In this document: positions 1 to 13,844 of the stretch, piece after piece | Numbering within the stretch: position 1 is the stretch's first letter | Layout of the letters: each line of letters starts with the position of its first letter | NCBI GenBank assembly: GCA_024137785.1 | Contig: JAHRHZ010000084.1 | Location: forward strand, 7,406,093 to 7,470,092 | Source of the DNA: Ginglymostoma cirratum | Lineage: Eukaryota | Direction of reading: 5' to 3' | DNA: 64,000 bases | Position numbers and translations under genes: made by a program | Notes under the pieces: model-generated | Seen by the model: the letters and a program-made list of their open reading frames with translations, nothing else | Databases searched by the model: none | What the model was told of the DNA's origin: nothing

Positions 1-8
1 TGTTATAG

Positions 9-305
9 CTCGGCCAACTCTCCTGAAAATCATGCCCGCAGAAGGGATTTCAGAGAATTATTCGAAAATCACGTGTAAAATGATGGCCTCTTATCCGGAA
101 AATTTAGGAATCTCCTGGCTAAGAGATGTTCCACAAATTCTGGCCGGAATAGAAACTGTGAAAAACTAGACCGTGGATGGACTTTGTGAGGTTACTAGTT
201 CTTTGGAAGAAGCACAGCTTGTGCAAAGCGGTGTAGTTTATACCTGCCAGGTATCTCATGCCTGCCTTTAGGTGCCTGTAAGCGAAAGCTACACCCTCAT
301 TCGAG
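9..305 (+). pseudogene. C1-set exon of an upstream paralog with two in-frame TAG stops
   Basis: TATAG| acceptor and GAG|GTAAG donor. Translation RPTLLKIM...KITCKMMASYPENLGISW...KN*TVDGLCEVTSSLEEAQLVQSGVVYTCQVSHACL*VPVSESYTLIR aligns with the 38770 exon. Stops at 167-169 and 269-271. Confidence 0.9.
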
Positions 306-979
306 GTAAGATTGAAAATATTCCCAATACGAAAATGGAGGGAGTGGTGGGGGAAAGCTATTAAATGCGTATGCTTAATTAATTGAACAGCTGTTCAAAC
401 TCGAGGGTACCATGTGAATGTGACCAGTGTCCTTTCTCAATGCAGCAGAAATGGAAAGACCATAAAATATTCTAAGGTCACTTGCAGGTGCAGGAAGACG
501 AATAGTTCCCTGAAATTATCTGAAATGGGAAGTTGATGCGCAAACTGTTTAAAAGTTGAGAACGCAACAACTTTTCGTATGTGAAATGAACATACAAATG
601 AAATGGATCCGTTCCACCCGAGTAACTTACACAACCTGTACAGCATCTGTCAGACCTGCTGATAGTTTCCAGCAACTTCTGTTTTTATATTGCTTATCCT
701 GTTCAGCTGATCTCCGCCTACAAGATTTTCAGTTGCCTGCAACGTCCACTGGCAAAATTCCGACCTCTCTAGCTCGCGCTGCGTCTTATCTTCATTAAGA
801 CACTTCTTGAACTTCATTTCTCTCTGTCCTAAGATGACTTCATGTTCGGCTGATAATGCTCTGTGAAGTGACTTAAAATTATTATTAACCTGGTTAAAGA
901 TCTAATATAATTCAAGTTGTTCTTCTTACATATCCTAAAGGTTGCTGTCAGTGTTGTCTGGAAAGCTGGAGGACAGTGT

Positions 980-1345
980 CGTAAAGCATTTAAAAATCCT
1001 TAGAAATCTCCACAGGATAAACGAGAAAAGGATGTTTCTCCTGGCTGATGGTCTAGAACCAGAGAACACAGTTATAAGCTAAGATGCAGGTCATTAGAAC
1101 TGAGGTTACAAGGAATTTCTTTAAGCAGAGGGTGGTGAATCTTTTGAATTCTCCAGCCGAGACTGCTGAGAAAACTCAGTCACAGACAGTATAAACTACT
1201 GAGATCGACAAAGTTCCAGAGGTTAAATGATATATAGATAGCGTGAGAAAATAGCGCTGAGGAAGATCAAACATGATCTCGTTGAATGCTGGAGCATGCT
1301 CCAGGGTCCCAATATCTACCCCTATTCCCGTTGTTTATGTTCCTT
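980..1345 (+). mobile_element. CR1 3' end remnant
   Basis: tctagaaccagagaacacag...aatttctttaagcagagggtggtgaatc and a 3' UTR-like tail. Confidence 0.65.
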
Positions 1346-4300
1346 TGCAACCGTGGTTTGGGGTTGAAAGCTTTGCCAGATCATGCAGCTGTGGTTCATT
1401 AGTCTAGTTTAAGACAAATGAGTAAATAAGTGCCAATTCCTTTACTCATAACAAACAACCCTCCGCAGCAGAGAGAAGGCTGTCGTGGCTTTATTAAATG
1501 AAATGGGTTTTCTCCACAGCTGCAGTTGATGTCCTCGGATGTACATTAAGGGCCTCGTACAGCTATTCCCGCCGATATTAAAACAGTCCAACTTGGCTAA
1601 CTGTGAGGTTATCCTGGATAAACATTTGTAGTTTGCCATCATGCATGATGCTCTACGTTTGCGATTCCTTGTGTTCCACACTGCGTATCTGTCATAGTAA
1701 CATGTGCATAACATATATCTAGACCCCAGCCATCCGGGAATTGTCCGTTAATTCTAAATCCCATCTTTTTTGCAGGTGTTCACATATGCAGCTTTAATAA
1801 AAGAAAGACTGACACACATTCATATGTCACATCTCGTTACCTTGCCAATGAACAGTCCAAACATGTATCACACTGATTGTTTTTGGAAACGCAAATCTGG
1901 AAGAAATTTTGCACATATCATGATCCACTCACAGCAGCAGAAAAACACATGGTTTTTGACTACGACGAAATGCTGGAAAGCACCACAACCAGGGGCGGCT
2001 TTTAGAAGTGCAGTCACTATTATAACACAGAGAGAACCAAAGAGCAAAACTGAAAGTAGCAATGATGCAAAACTCCAGAAAATTTGAAGTTAGTTTTATT
2101 TTTGCGGGAACAATGCTGACCAGACTGCACATAGCAGTTTCAAGACTACTTGACAAGGCAGAGATCCCTGGTGTTTTGTCTCTTGGTCAAAAGAATGACT
2201 CCAGAAGGGTTGATGAGCAATTCTGAGATAAACTGCGCATGAGTGGTTGCATTGCTGTCATATCAACTTTAAACCATGACGATAATCGATTATATTAAAA
2301 CTAAATGTGCAACTTTTCATGTACAACTGCTCTGATTCATTCAAAAGTTCTGTTGCTTCTGTATATATTTGTTCATTTCAAATTTTATTTTGCAGAAAAT
2401 GTTAAATAGTGAAATACACTGGAGTCTATACATGAAGCAATGTAGAGGAAACCAAAACTATATGTTAAATATATCCAAAAGATTATGAAAACCCTCTTTG
2501 TTCTTAATAAACGTAATTTGAAGGTAATGAGGAACGCTTCTATGCCACCGTTCGTGACCTTGATACCTTGCAAAGTATTATAATAAAAATAACTATGTAT
2601 TCCAAAAACGTAAGCACTGAGGAAAAGACAACAGCTTGTCTTGAACAGAATCCCCCAAACGTCACTGTAGTAATTATCAGGTGATCATATTTAAGCGAGG
2701 CTGGATAAGCACGAATTATGAGGGTTTTGTGGTGCAGTAGAAGTACCCCTAAGCCATAGACAAGAGGTCTGGAGTCAAGTCCCACTCTGTGCCAGAGGTG
2801 TGTCATGTGAACTCTGAACAAGTTGGTTAGGAAATATCTAAGGGAGAATTGTTGAATAGGAAGCCATGGAGATGAGTTTTGTGATGGGATAGTTGCGAAA
2901 GTGCAATGGGTTTTCGTTTCATGTCATTTCCAGAATGGTACAGCTTTCCCTCAGGTCTGCAGCAGAGTGTCAGACTGGAAATATGTCTCGAAGGTACTTC
3001 AGTGGGATGTGAGCGCATAAACTCCTGAATCACAGAGAGTGGTACCACTGAGTCAATGCTGACATATTTGCGTTACTTGTGCTATTGCCATGCTATGTGA
3101 TCTATGTTGCATGAGGCTCGAGCTGAAAACTCTCTGTTATAGTCAGCATTTTTATCTCAAGCACTGAGATAAGCTATAGACTCTGATTTATTGGATTAGA
3201 ACCACAGCTTACAACAACAAATGAAGGAAAGCAACGTGGCTTTCTTCATTTTCAACTGGTTTTTAAAATGCAAATTAAATGGCAGCTCCTTCCTTTCGAA
3301 AGTCCAATGACTTCTCACCAAACCTTTACCCCCACAAGCTGATCAGCCACCTGGGAACCAATCTCACAGGCAGGGACCGTTGTCATTGAAAACTGGCCAC
3401 CATTCCAGACCCTGATCAGTCACTTGCTACACTTTGAATGCAATTTGTTCTCTGGCTTGTCTGTAATGAAGCTTTCCCCACTGCTTGACTAAACAACAGT
3501 GGAAAGGGCACTTAAAGTCAGTGTGGGTCACTTGTTTTTAAAAAGTTCAGCAACCATTTTCACAATCCACAGTTCCACCATTTCAGAGCACAATCAAAAA
3601 CACGAAAAAACTGGAATTTAAAAAATGCAATTAAACCTGTTAGGTTGGTAATACTACTTTATTGTGTAAAACCAGAAGTTATAGTAGTGGACAATTTGAT
3701 CCAAATATCCACTTTGCTGGTTATGTTTCTGTCCATTCCCTGGCATGTTTGCTCATCTAAATATCCCATCCGAAGCGTTGTCCAACATTCCCCAAAATGC
3801 ATCCGTACTACTTGTTTCATCTACTTCTAGTGAATTCCATTCTTACTATACCTGAGGGATTTGGGGTGGAGAACAGAATAATACGAACTGGAGGGAAGCA
3901 GATTTCATGACAGATGATGATGTGCACAAATGTTCCATTTTGGGGATCCAGTCAATTTTGGCATTGCTTCCCAAAGATTCAGCAATCGACAGTGGGCATC
4001 AACAAACTAAATAAGGTTTTTTTGTTTCACTTAACATTTGCTGTGTAGTCTACAAATTAATAAAAATACAAAAAATCATTTGAGAGTTATTTATATCGAT
4101 GACACTATTGTTAAAACTGTGATATTAGTTGATGTTTTCTCAATCTGTTTGAAATCATAAAAAGCTAAAGAATTGGATTTTTTTTAAATGTTAAAACAAT
4201 TGAATATTTCTATCCTTGAAAGTGTTTTCTTTGATTTATGAATTAAGCTGTTCATCTCACTAAAAAATCCAACATGTCAAATATGTTATTTTATGCTCGG

Positions 4301-6910
4301 TTACATTAAGAAACTGAGCCATGTAAATACACTAACATTTATATCTAGTCATCAAATGGGCACGTAGCAAAATATCATGCATAAAGTAATCATCTCTGAT
4401 GTCACTCAATTCCAAAATATGCTGGAAGATCATACTTATTGTAAATCCCTGACTGCACTGAACTGTCTCAGAGAATCAGTGCAGTCAATTCTATTTACTG
4501 TACCATCATGTTGTCAGCAAGGACTTGGATCCAGAAACAATGAAGGAAGCGTGACTTGGTTCTAAGTAAGAATGGTGAATGACTTAAAGGGGAACAGAAG
4601 ACGGTAGCCTTCCCATGCACCTGTCATCCTGCTCTTTTGGTGATAGAAGTAGCAGGTTTCGATGGTGCTGTCAAATAAGGCTTAGTAGGTAGTTGCGAGA
4701 GCAAATTACTATGGATGTTCGAATCTGAACCGAAGACAACAAATGCTGGAGAGCACAATGGATCAGGCAGCATTCATAGAGGGAAAGCAAGCTAATATAT
4801 TTTGAATCTAGCTGACTCTTCATCAGAGTTGAAGTGAAGTGTGGGGGGTGTGGAATTTATGCAATAGTGGAGGGGAGGGTTGGAATGCAGGGGAAGAAAG
4901 GATGCTGATAGTTCAGAGTAACAAATCAGAATGTGTGAATGACAGAACAATGGTGTGTCCAACTGCCAGACTGGAAAGAATGTAAGTAGCTGTCAAGTGT
5001 CTTGTAGATGGCACACACTGTTGCCATGTGGATGAGTGGTGGGAGTAGTGAACGTTTACAGTGGTGAATTGGGTTCAAAATAAGAGTGCATCTTTTCCCC
5101 AGATCACTTCCAGTTTCTTGTGTGTTGCTAGATATGGAATCCTTCAGGCAATTGGTGAGTATTTCATCACAATTCTGAATTATGCCTTGTAGACACTGGA
5201 CAGATTTTGAGGAATTAATAGGCTGCAGAACTCTGAGCATTTGTCTTATTCAAGTATATGGCTGGCCCAGTCAGTTTCTTGTTGACATAACCCCAGCATG
5301 TTGTGGGGAATCCAGCAATGAGCTATCAGTGAATGTTAAGAAAGATAGTTCAATTCTCTCTTGTTGGGAATGGTCATGGCCTGGTACATGTGTGCTGTGA
5401 ATTTTACTTGTCACTTATCAGCTCAACATAGAATTGTACTTTGGTTTTCCTGCACTTGAAAAAGAAATATTTCATTTTCTGAGGAACTGCAAACGGTGCT
5501 GAAGATTCTACAACTATCAGTGAACATGTGCACCGTTGAATTTATGTTGGAGGCAAGGTCACAAAGAAACGGGCAAAATGGTTGGAAGAGGACATTGCCC
5601 TGCTGTTACACGGTAACATCCAGTACTGAGATAATTGACATCCATAAAAGAAATCTTCCTTTGTGCTAGATATAACTCAACCAGTGATAGTTTCTAACCA
5701 CCTTCATAACCACTGACCCTCCCTCTCGCCATCCTACCCTATTCCCATTGACTCCGGTTTCTCTCGAGCTCCTTGACAGTATTCTCGGTCAAATACTATC
5801 TTAATGTTAAGGGCAGACACTTTCACCTCACATCTGGAGTTCAGCTCTTAGTTCGATACTTGAACCAATGCTACAGTGCTTTCAGAAGTCCCTTCACTGT
5901 AGCTGGGTCAAATTCCTGTAGTTGCCTCCCTAACGTATTGTGGATCGATAGAGAATGCAGTGATTCAAGAAGGCAACTCACCATCACCTTCTCAAGCGCA
6001 TCTAACGACGGACAATAAACACTGGACAGCCAGCGACAGCCACATGACACAAGTGAACAAAAAAAAGACCTAAAGGATCTCAAGTCCAACCTCTGTGAGC
6101 AAAGTACTTTTGTGCAAATTTCGCCTGATGGCACTGTACATGAAATTTCATCTCTTTGCTAAAACCAAAGAGTAGGGTGATGGGACGTTAATTGCTCATA
6201 TCTCCTTTGACGCGTTTTTTGTGGAGACGGCGTACCATGGTCACTTTTCACATTCCTCTGTTGACATCAATTTTGCAGCTTCACAGAAAAGACTTGGCTA
6301 GTGGGCCTGCCTCCTTCAGGAAAACAAATCTAGTGTTGCTGCAAGAATGCCGTCAAAGCAAAATCCTTTTCAGTAGCAAACACAGCACACACTTCAAACA
6401 ACTGATGTACTCACAACCAGTTGATATGAAGGGCCATCTCCGCCCCGGTGATGGATATCATGGGGTCCTTGTGATTTTTGAAGGAAAAATCATTGTGAAA
6501 ATAACATATTCATATGCAAAGGAGAAGGCGAGCAAGTGCTGGGCTTCATTGAGGGGGTATATTTGAGGTAGACAATCTTCACTACCAAACTCCTGCCATG
6601 CAGTCGCTCCTTCAGAACAATTTGCAACCAAGTGGAATAGCATCTGATTTATTGCACTATAACTTATGTCACAAGAAGACTGAACTCGCATCACAGCTAT
6701 TGCAAATGCACAGTTGGGAACGCAATTTCACATTATAACATCCACTGTAGTTCCCCGAACTATTTCACATGTCATGTCTTCAGCATTTATGTTTCCTAAA
6801 GCGCCACAGTCTTCACTCAATTCCTAAGGCTAAAACCGTGAACAGGAGCTGGAAGTATTATTCACATTTTACTGGAGTGTAGGTGTCGTTGGCTAGGAAG
6901 CATGGTGGTC

Positions 6911-7664
6911 CGTTGAAGTGTGTGGGAGAGAGGCACCCCACCCCCGCCCAGGGACAATGACTCAGGAGGTAGACGGGATTCAGGCTTATTCAAGCAAAAA
7001 CCGGTTAATGCAAGGAGAGCAAGAAAGGATCTTCCCCAAATCTGGCTTTGACAAGAAACACAATCGTTCTTTTCATCTTCGGATCAAATTTGAAGATCGA
7101 TCAATGACACACTCGGATTTTATAATAAAAAGCAGTATTTTTAATCATTTTGTGTTACAACGATCATACGCAATGTGGTTACTATACCCTCCTATCCCCT
7201 TCTATGGGACCAGACCTGGAAAACACCTGATCAATTATGGGTATTCCTTTCGACAACCCTAGGTTGTCTTAGTTTCTTTTAATGATGGTTAACAATTGTT
7301 AGATTTCTAGGCCTTGACATCTTTCCATGTTGAGACTAGAATTAATCATTTGTCGTAGTTTAGTGATTTTTCAAAGATTTTTCTTTGAGTTATGATTTCA
7401 TTATTTCTGCTATATTTGTTACAAATCTTTCAAATGGTCTTCTTTGAATCTCCTTATCGCTTTCTTTCCAATATTTGGAATGTTGCCATTCAGATAATGC
7501 TTTCTTTTACCTGTGAAAAACCCCCTTCTCATAGGCACTTTTTTTTGCTGAAGTAGGCTTTTTAAATTTCAGCCATTATCTATCTCTAAAACTAGTTAGT
7601 TCAATCAGCTTTTCTTTACATTCAGGCCATTTTGTGCCTCTTAAAAATAGGGACAGCTCCAACG
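6911..7664. mobile_element. Possible solo LTR
   Basis: Imperfect inverted ends CGTTGAAG...CTCCAACG and a composition unlike the flanking LINE debris. No clean target-site duplication (TSD). Confidence 0.3.
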
Positions 7665-7689
7665 AAGTGGTAGGTAGTTGGAAGCTCAA

Positions 7690-9500
7690 GGGACATTTTT
7701 ACAGACAGGATGTGAGCAATCTGTAAAGCAGTCAGCTAGTTTATGTTTCTTTACCCAATGTAAATGCGACTGTACTATGAGCAGCGAATACGATACACTA
7801 GATTAAGTGAACTGCAGGTAAATCGCTGCTTCACCTGCAAAGTGTGACTGGGACCTTGGATAGTGCAGATGGATGAAATGTTGCACCTTCTGCGATTGCA
7901 TAGCACAGGAATATGGAATTGTAAGGGAGTATTGGCAGTGAAGGATGAGTAGACAATGGAGTCAAAATGCTAACAAATGAGAAGAGGAAATATGTGTCCA
8001 GTGGTGGCATCCCACTGGAGATGTTTGAAATGGTGACTTATGATGTTTCAGTGCAGGAGGGGTGGAAATTAAGGACAAGAGGACCCTATCGGTATTGTGG
8101 GAGGGAACAGGGTGGGAAATAGGTCAGATATGGCTGAGGGGCGTCTTAACATTGGTAGCAGGGAATCCTCAGTTGAGAAAAATGGTGGAAAATTTAGACA
8201 CCCCATACAGATGGTGGCATCACCATATCAGATGTGATGTAGAAGGAGAAACTGGGAGAATGGAACGGAGTTTCTACAGGAATTGGGTTGTGAAGATATT
8301 TAGTCTCAGTAAACGTGAGAGCTGGTGGGTTGTGATGAATAGCCATGGTGAGTTAATGAATTGGAAAGAGTAATGTCGAGGAAGGGAAGGGAGGAGCCAG
8401 TGGAAGATGACAGCAGGATAGTAATTGAAAGCAAAATTAATAAATATTTCCGATTTTCGATGAGAGAGGGAAGCAGAAGCAATGAAGTCATCGATGTAAC
8501 AGGGAAAAATGTAGACAAACCTGAGTGGGATTGGAAAAACGAATGTTTCATGTATCTACAAAAAGACAGTTGTTCAAAGTGAGGACGAACTTGTCGAGGC
8601 AGAGGAGGGTGATGGTGGATGGGAACGGTTCAGGCCTTTTCTCCTGAATGAAGTGGGGAACCATAAAACCATTCTGATGCGGTAAACATATAAAAGGATT
8701 ACATATTCATGGCAAAGGTGAGGCAGTTGCTGCCCACAAACTGGAAATTCTGAAACTGATGTAAAGTGTCACATGATTCGTGGATGTCAGTGGGAAGGGA
8801 CCTGAGAAGAGGAGAAAACATTGAGTCAATGTAGGAAGAGATGAGGTCTGTGTGGCAGGAACAAGCAGAAATAATGCATCTGCCCTGTCAGTTCTGTTGG
8901 TGAATTTGGGGAAGAAGGTAGAAGGCATTGGTGGCCAATGAGTTTGAAGTCTGTGCGGGGAAGATTGCCAGATTCTCAGCCCACTTACTTCCTCCATCCT
9001 AGCTCTCCAAGTCACCAGGCACACGTTCCAATTGAAGCAGCGATTTATCAACGTTTCATTCGATCCAATCTACGAAATTCACTCCTCATAATGTGGTCTC
9101 CTGTATACTGGGGAGACCAAAACGCAGACAGGGCAACTTCTTCGCAGGACACCTTCATTTTGTCCTCAAAAATGACCTCGACCTTCCAGTTGCCTGACAC
9201 TTAAACATACCATCATGTTCCCTGGCCAACAGTTCTGTCTTGGGCATGCTGCAGTGTTCCACCAATCCAGTTCAAACTGGAAGAACAGCATCTCATTTTT
9301 CGTTTGGGGATCTCGCACCCTTCAGGTCTCAATATCAAGTTCAATAATTTTAAGACCTGAAATACCTTCTTCCATTTCCTTTACTCACCCTCACACCCCA
9401 GGTCCTGCCAATGACATGAGAGGCTTTCAACATAGTCAACCCTTTTTCATCTAGGTATGGAACCCGGTGTCAGTTTGTCTTTCTTCCTAACACGTTGTCT
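7690..9500. mobile_element. Paralogous degenerate inverted Penelope-like element
   Basis: Same strand-switch junction (ccagattctcagcccacttacttcctcc at about 8968 vs ccagattcccagcccatttacttcctcc at about 41367). Confidence 0.7.
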
Positions 9501-9691
9501 TCCATCCCTTTGAAATAAAATGTATCAGTCCCTATTGACATTTATTTGATGCGATCACCCTGGGATAGTCCTTTACAGATCGCACCCGCCCCCACCCCAC
9601 CCCCGCCAACCACGTGTTTGATCCACAATTTTCTATGTCTAAATCTAAATGTGCTATGAAATTTCTTATTCAAATGTTATTGATCCTTTTG

Positions 9692-9796
9692 GTAAAGATC
9701 TCAATTATCTGTTCATCTCTAAATGGGCAGGTACCATGCCGACAATTTTGCAGTTGATAATCATCTTGACAAGACTCGAATTAAAGGCATCATCTG
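9692..9796 (+). pseudogene. TM exon copy 1, splice acceptor lost
   Basis: GKDLNYLFISKWAGTMPTILQLIIILTRLELKASS. Acceptor CCTGTAG has become CCTTTTG; donor GTAAG is intact; Pro and Gln sit inside the helix. Confidence 0.82.
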
Positions 9797-12014
9797 GTAA
9801 GAACTTTAGCCATTTTGCTGAATATTTTTTAGTTTCCAGGACCTATGATATTTGTTAGATGACATAAAGAGCAGATGATTAATGATTTACTGTACAGGAA
9901 TAGAAGGCACTTTCCTACATCTCTAAAGAACGAATTGATATCAAAAGGCATAACATGATTAGCAGTTCAACATGACAATATAAACTGGATTGATTTCACC
10001 CCTTCATTCGAACTGTTTACTCATTTTATAGCCGACCTCCCAGTTCTAAAATTATTATTGTGAATGCATTCATTTTGAAGTGATATCAGAGTCTCCAACC
10101 TGCTTCGCTACACTCCCAGACTGTCTTTCCAAAGTAATTTTGCAACGCAAACTAGACTTCAATTCACCATCCCACAAGAGGAAATGTCTGCTCTGTTATG
10201 GGTAGCGCCAAGGCAGGGCTTGAAAAGATAATATATTACATACTGTGTTGTAACCCTTGGAAATGCAGGTCACTGGTGCTACTCATTAAATTATTAACAC
10301 AAGCATACATCTGAGTTAAAAGCACAAGTGGACCATACAGCTATTCATGCAGTGAAGTAGGTAACAAAGAAAAGCACCGTGGGACTATTAGTTTAGCATT
10401 AGTTCTGCATCTATGAATAAAGTCAGTATGGGAATGAGAAGCATAGCAGTTAATTTAATGGCTGTTTTCTTCTAAATACTTGAAGCATATTCATTAACCT
10501 TGATGTGATAATTACACAAATATAGGTACTGTAAATGGTTTTGATTTGATCACTATTATTTAGATATGGCTTCAAGGTGATCAATGTTGAGAAATAAATT
10601 TTCCAGGGTAAACATATTTTAAAAGGAATTCAGAATTGTAAAAGAGGAGGGTGGCCCCGATAATACAGGATGATGCAACACAAAAGTGATAAATCACAAA
10701 ACACTCCATGGTAAATGCAAGTGTCAGGATTCAGACAATGATATCGGCATCAATTTGTAGGATACATAACAGAAATTATACTATGGGCCAAGCATCGAAT
10801 TAAGACTTCGGAGCTTGTCACAAGGGAAACGTATTAATCATGGATGAATTTTGCCTTCACATAGCAGTGTCAATTAAATTGGTAAGGATGATCTGGAAGA
10901 GAACTTCATAGAATGTCTTTGATAGATTCTGGCAGCAGCCCATTTTACAACTTCCCCTGAATGAAGTCATCGTAGATTTAATGTTATATAACAAGGTATT
11001 ATTAATTAGTAAGGTCTGGTGGGAAATAGTCATCCCAAAGCCATTGAAGTCCATGTTCGGTTTCAACGTTACAATCACGAAGAAAAAATCATAATGTTAA
11101 AATCAATTACCCAAGTACGAAGTGACAATAGGTTGATCACATAATTAGACTAATATTATGACGATAATTAAATACACAGTGGAAATGAGTTAAAGGGACA
11201 ATTCAAAATATCCAATAAAATTAAATCCTTCGAAAAAGAACAATGCAGCAAGAAATATCGTCCATGGTTGACTCAGGAAGTTAAATATGGTTTTAGATTT
11301 TAAAAAGAGCGTTTATTTTACAAAGAATGGAAATGAGACTTAGAACTGAGGGTGCATCAACAGTTAACAAGGAAGCATCGAAAAGTTAATAAAATGGAAA
11401 AAAGAAAGTACACTGGCTAAGAACATAAAGCATATTTTAAGGGCATTATTAAGTATACTAAAAGAAAGAAACTTGTGAAAGTAAATATTGGCAGTAAATA
11501 ATGCAGATACAGGGATAACAGCAATTTCCACAGGGATTGAAGAAATTTATGCGAGCCATTGTCTAACAAAATACCTTCTTTGCAAAAGCATTCACATCAG
11601 ACTGAGAGTTCGAAAATGTAATCTCACTTTCAAGGAAAAAAGTGAAAACAGGGAACTGCAGGGCAGTTAGCCTAACGTCATTCCTTATCAAAATTCTGCA
11701 ATATAATATGAAAAGTATAAACAATGAAATTAGAAATGTGTAGTTCGATTAGAATAGGTCAACATAGTTTGTCAAAAAAGAAATCATGTTTGACAAATAT
11801 TTTAGAGAATTTGGAGGTTTTATCTTGCAAGGTAGAGGAACGGGAAAGTACATGTATAGTGTGTAGAGGTATCCAAAAGGTATTCAATAAGGTCGGGGGA
11901 AATCCGAGAACTGATTGAGTTCAGGGCATTATATTAACACTGAAAGCAGATTCTTTAACAGATAGGAGGCAAAGAGCGTGTGCACACTGAACATTTTCAA
12001 GTAGGCAGTTTTGC

Positions 12015-13020
12015 GCAGTTGATAGAGTACTTGTGGATTGGGAGACAGAAAGTTTGAATTTCATGTTTATAAAATGCTGGGGGAAATGCATTGCATAGTC
12101 CCTTTGAAAGATCAGGTGGGTGTTTTTTCCGTGTCTAGAGGTATAAAATGGAAGTCTGCAAGCAGTAGCTTGAAAATTTGCAGGTACACAGACAGCACTC
12201 AAATTGAAACATTTGTATCAAAAGACCGTACAGTTAGGACACCAAGCAGCAGATTTTACCAAGGCAACAAGTTTTTTTTTTCTTAATTTAGCCAATCAAT
12301 TTGAACCAGGCACTCAGACACCAAAAAAATCAATTTTAAATCTGATGGCTTTGACAACAAAGGACCAGTCCTATTGTTAAACATTGATAATGTCATCAAA
12401 GGTATAAAAGAAGGGGGCATATGGACAACGACTCGAGAACTAACTGCCATCCGCCAGAGCTAGCAGTTCTCTGCTCTCAAGAGAGAATCACTGGCTCCCA
12501 TAGCCTCAACTATGTCTTAGACAAAGCACCATCTAGATAACAATGGTACCCACAGCACAACTAGTTAACATTCCTGACAGAAGAATGAACAGAGAAGACA
12601 TTCCTGACAGAAGAATCAACAGAGAAGGCACAGAGCATTCTGGAAGACAGGTAGCCTGACTGTAATATCAATAAACTAAATACTATTACTTACGTTATAT
12701 AAGTGGGATATGTATTTATTGGAGCAGCACAACATTAGAAACTTGCTTTATTTGGGAATAGTTAGTAGTTGGAAGTGATTTATTCAGTTTGTGAATTATT
12801 TAGTTCAATAGTTTTGCTCAATGTTACGGTTAGATAAATCAGTTGTTACTTGGTGATTTTAAAGTGAGTGCCAGGGAATTATGTTCTTTAATCATTAGAA
12901 GTAGCTAAAAGGCAGGTCACACCACTTTTCGTATACCTTTTACAGATTATAGGGTGAGGTGTTACTGTTTGGGTGTTTCAATTTTCGTTGTCAGAGGGGG
13001 TCAACCTCCGCTTTATAAAA
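12015..13020 (+). mobile_element. Solo-LTR-like insertion specific to copy 1
   Basis: Absent at the matching sites 22145 and 54940. Contains TATAAAAG (12403), AATAAA (about 12670) and a 30-bp direct repeat at 12568-12627. Confidence 0.5.
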
Positions 13021-13749
13021 GCAAGGTGCCATACTGCAAGCAAGAAAATGCACGATCTGCAATATACTTAAATTATTTATATAAAGAGACAGGGAGCAAT
13101 ATATCTGTGTTTTCTGATGTAGCAAAACTAGACGAAAAGGTACATAGTCAGATTAAGTGCTCTTTAGTTGAATCTAGCTAGAATTTATAACAAGCTTGAC
13201 GAATGGATCATGTGAATACAAAGGAACACCTATGATGTGATAGACATTACAGAGACATGGTTGCAAGGTAACCAAGACTGGATATTGAATGTTAAAGGGT
13301 GTGTGACATTACAGCAGGATAACATCAAAGTGAAAGGAGATGTCTTGGTTCCGCTAATAAATGAATGATCAGTACAGTCATGAGAAATTACATTTGGTCA
13401 GAAAGTACATATACAAAAATTCTGTGGGTTAAGATAAGAAACAGTAAGGAGAAGAAGTTACGAATGGAGGTAGTTTATAGTCCATAAATCTGCAGCTACT
13501 TTTAAAGAAATTAATACATAGAATGAATGGTAAAAGAAAAGTACTGCAATAGTTGCAGGTGAGTTTAGTCTCAATACCAGCAAATTGTATATGCTGACAC
13601 TCAGAGAGACATGGGTGCACTTATACAAGCAACACAGAAAGACAGAATGCAGATACAGTAAGTTGTTAGGAAGGTTAAAGAAACATTAAATTTTATTCTG
13701 AGAGGCTTAGGGCAAAAGGAAGAAAGAAATCCTGCTTCAATTCTGCCAG

Positions 13750-13844
13750 GGATAACAAGGTGTAGAGCTGGATGAACACAGCAGGCCAAGCAGCATCACA
13801 GGAGCAGGAAGGCTGACATTTCGGGCCTAGACGCTTTTCTCTCC
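13750..13844 (-). mobile_element. Penelope-terminus mini-insertion
   Basis: Near-identical to 28260-28340; perfect 12-bp duplication CAATTCTGCCAG at 13738 and 13845. Confidence 0.85.

Noticed and set aside
11176-11214. CACAGTG + 23 bp + AAAATATCC resembling an RSS (similar at about 21163 and 54137)
   Set aside because: Poor nonamer, lies in decayed CR1 sequence and is not next to any V, D or J segment.
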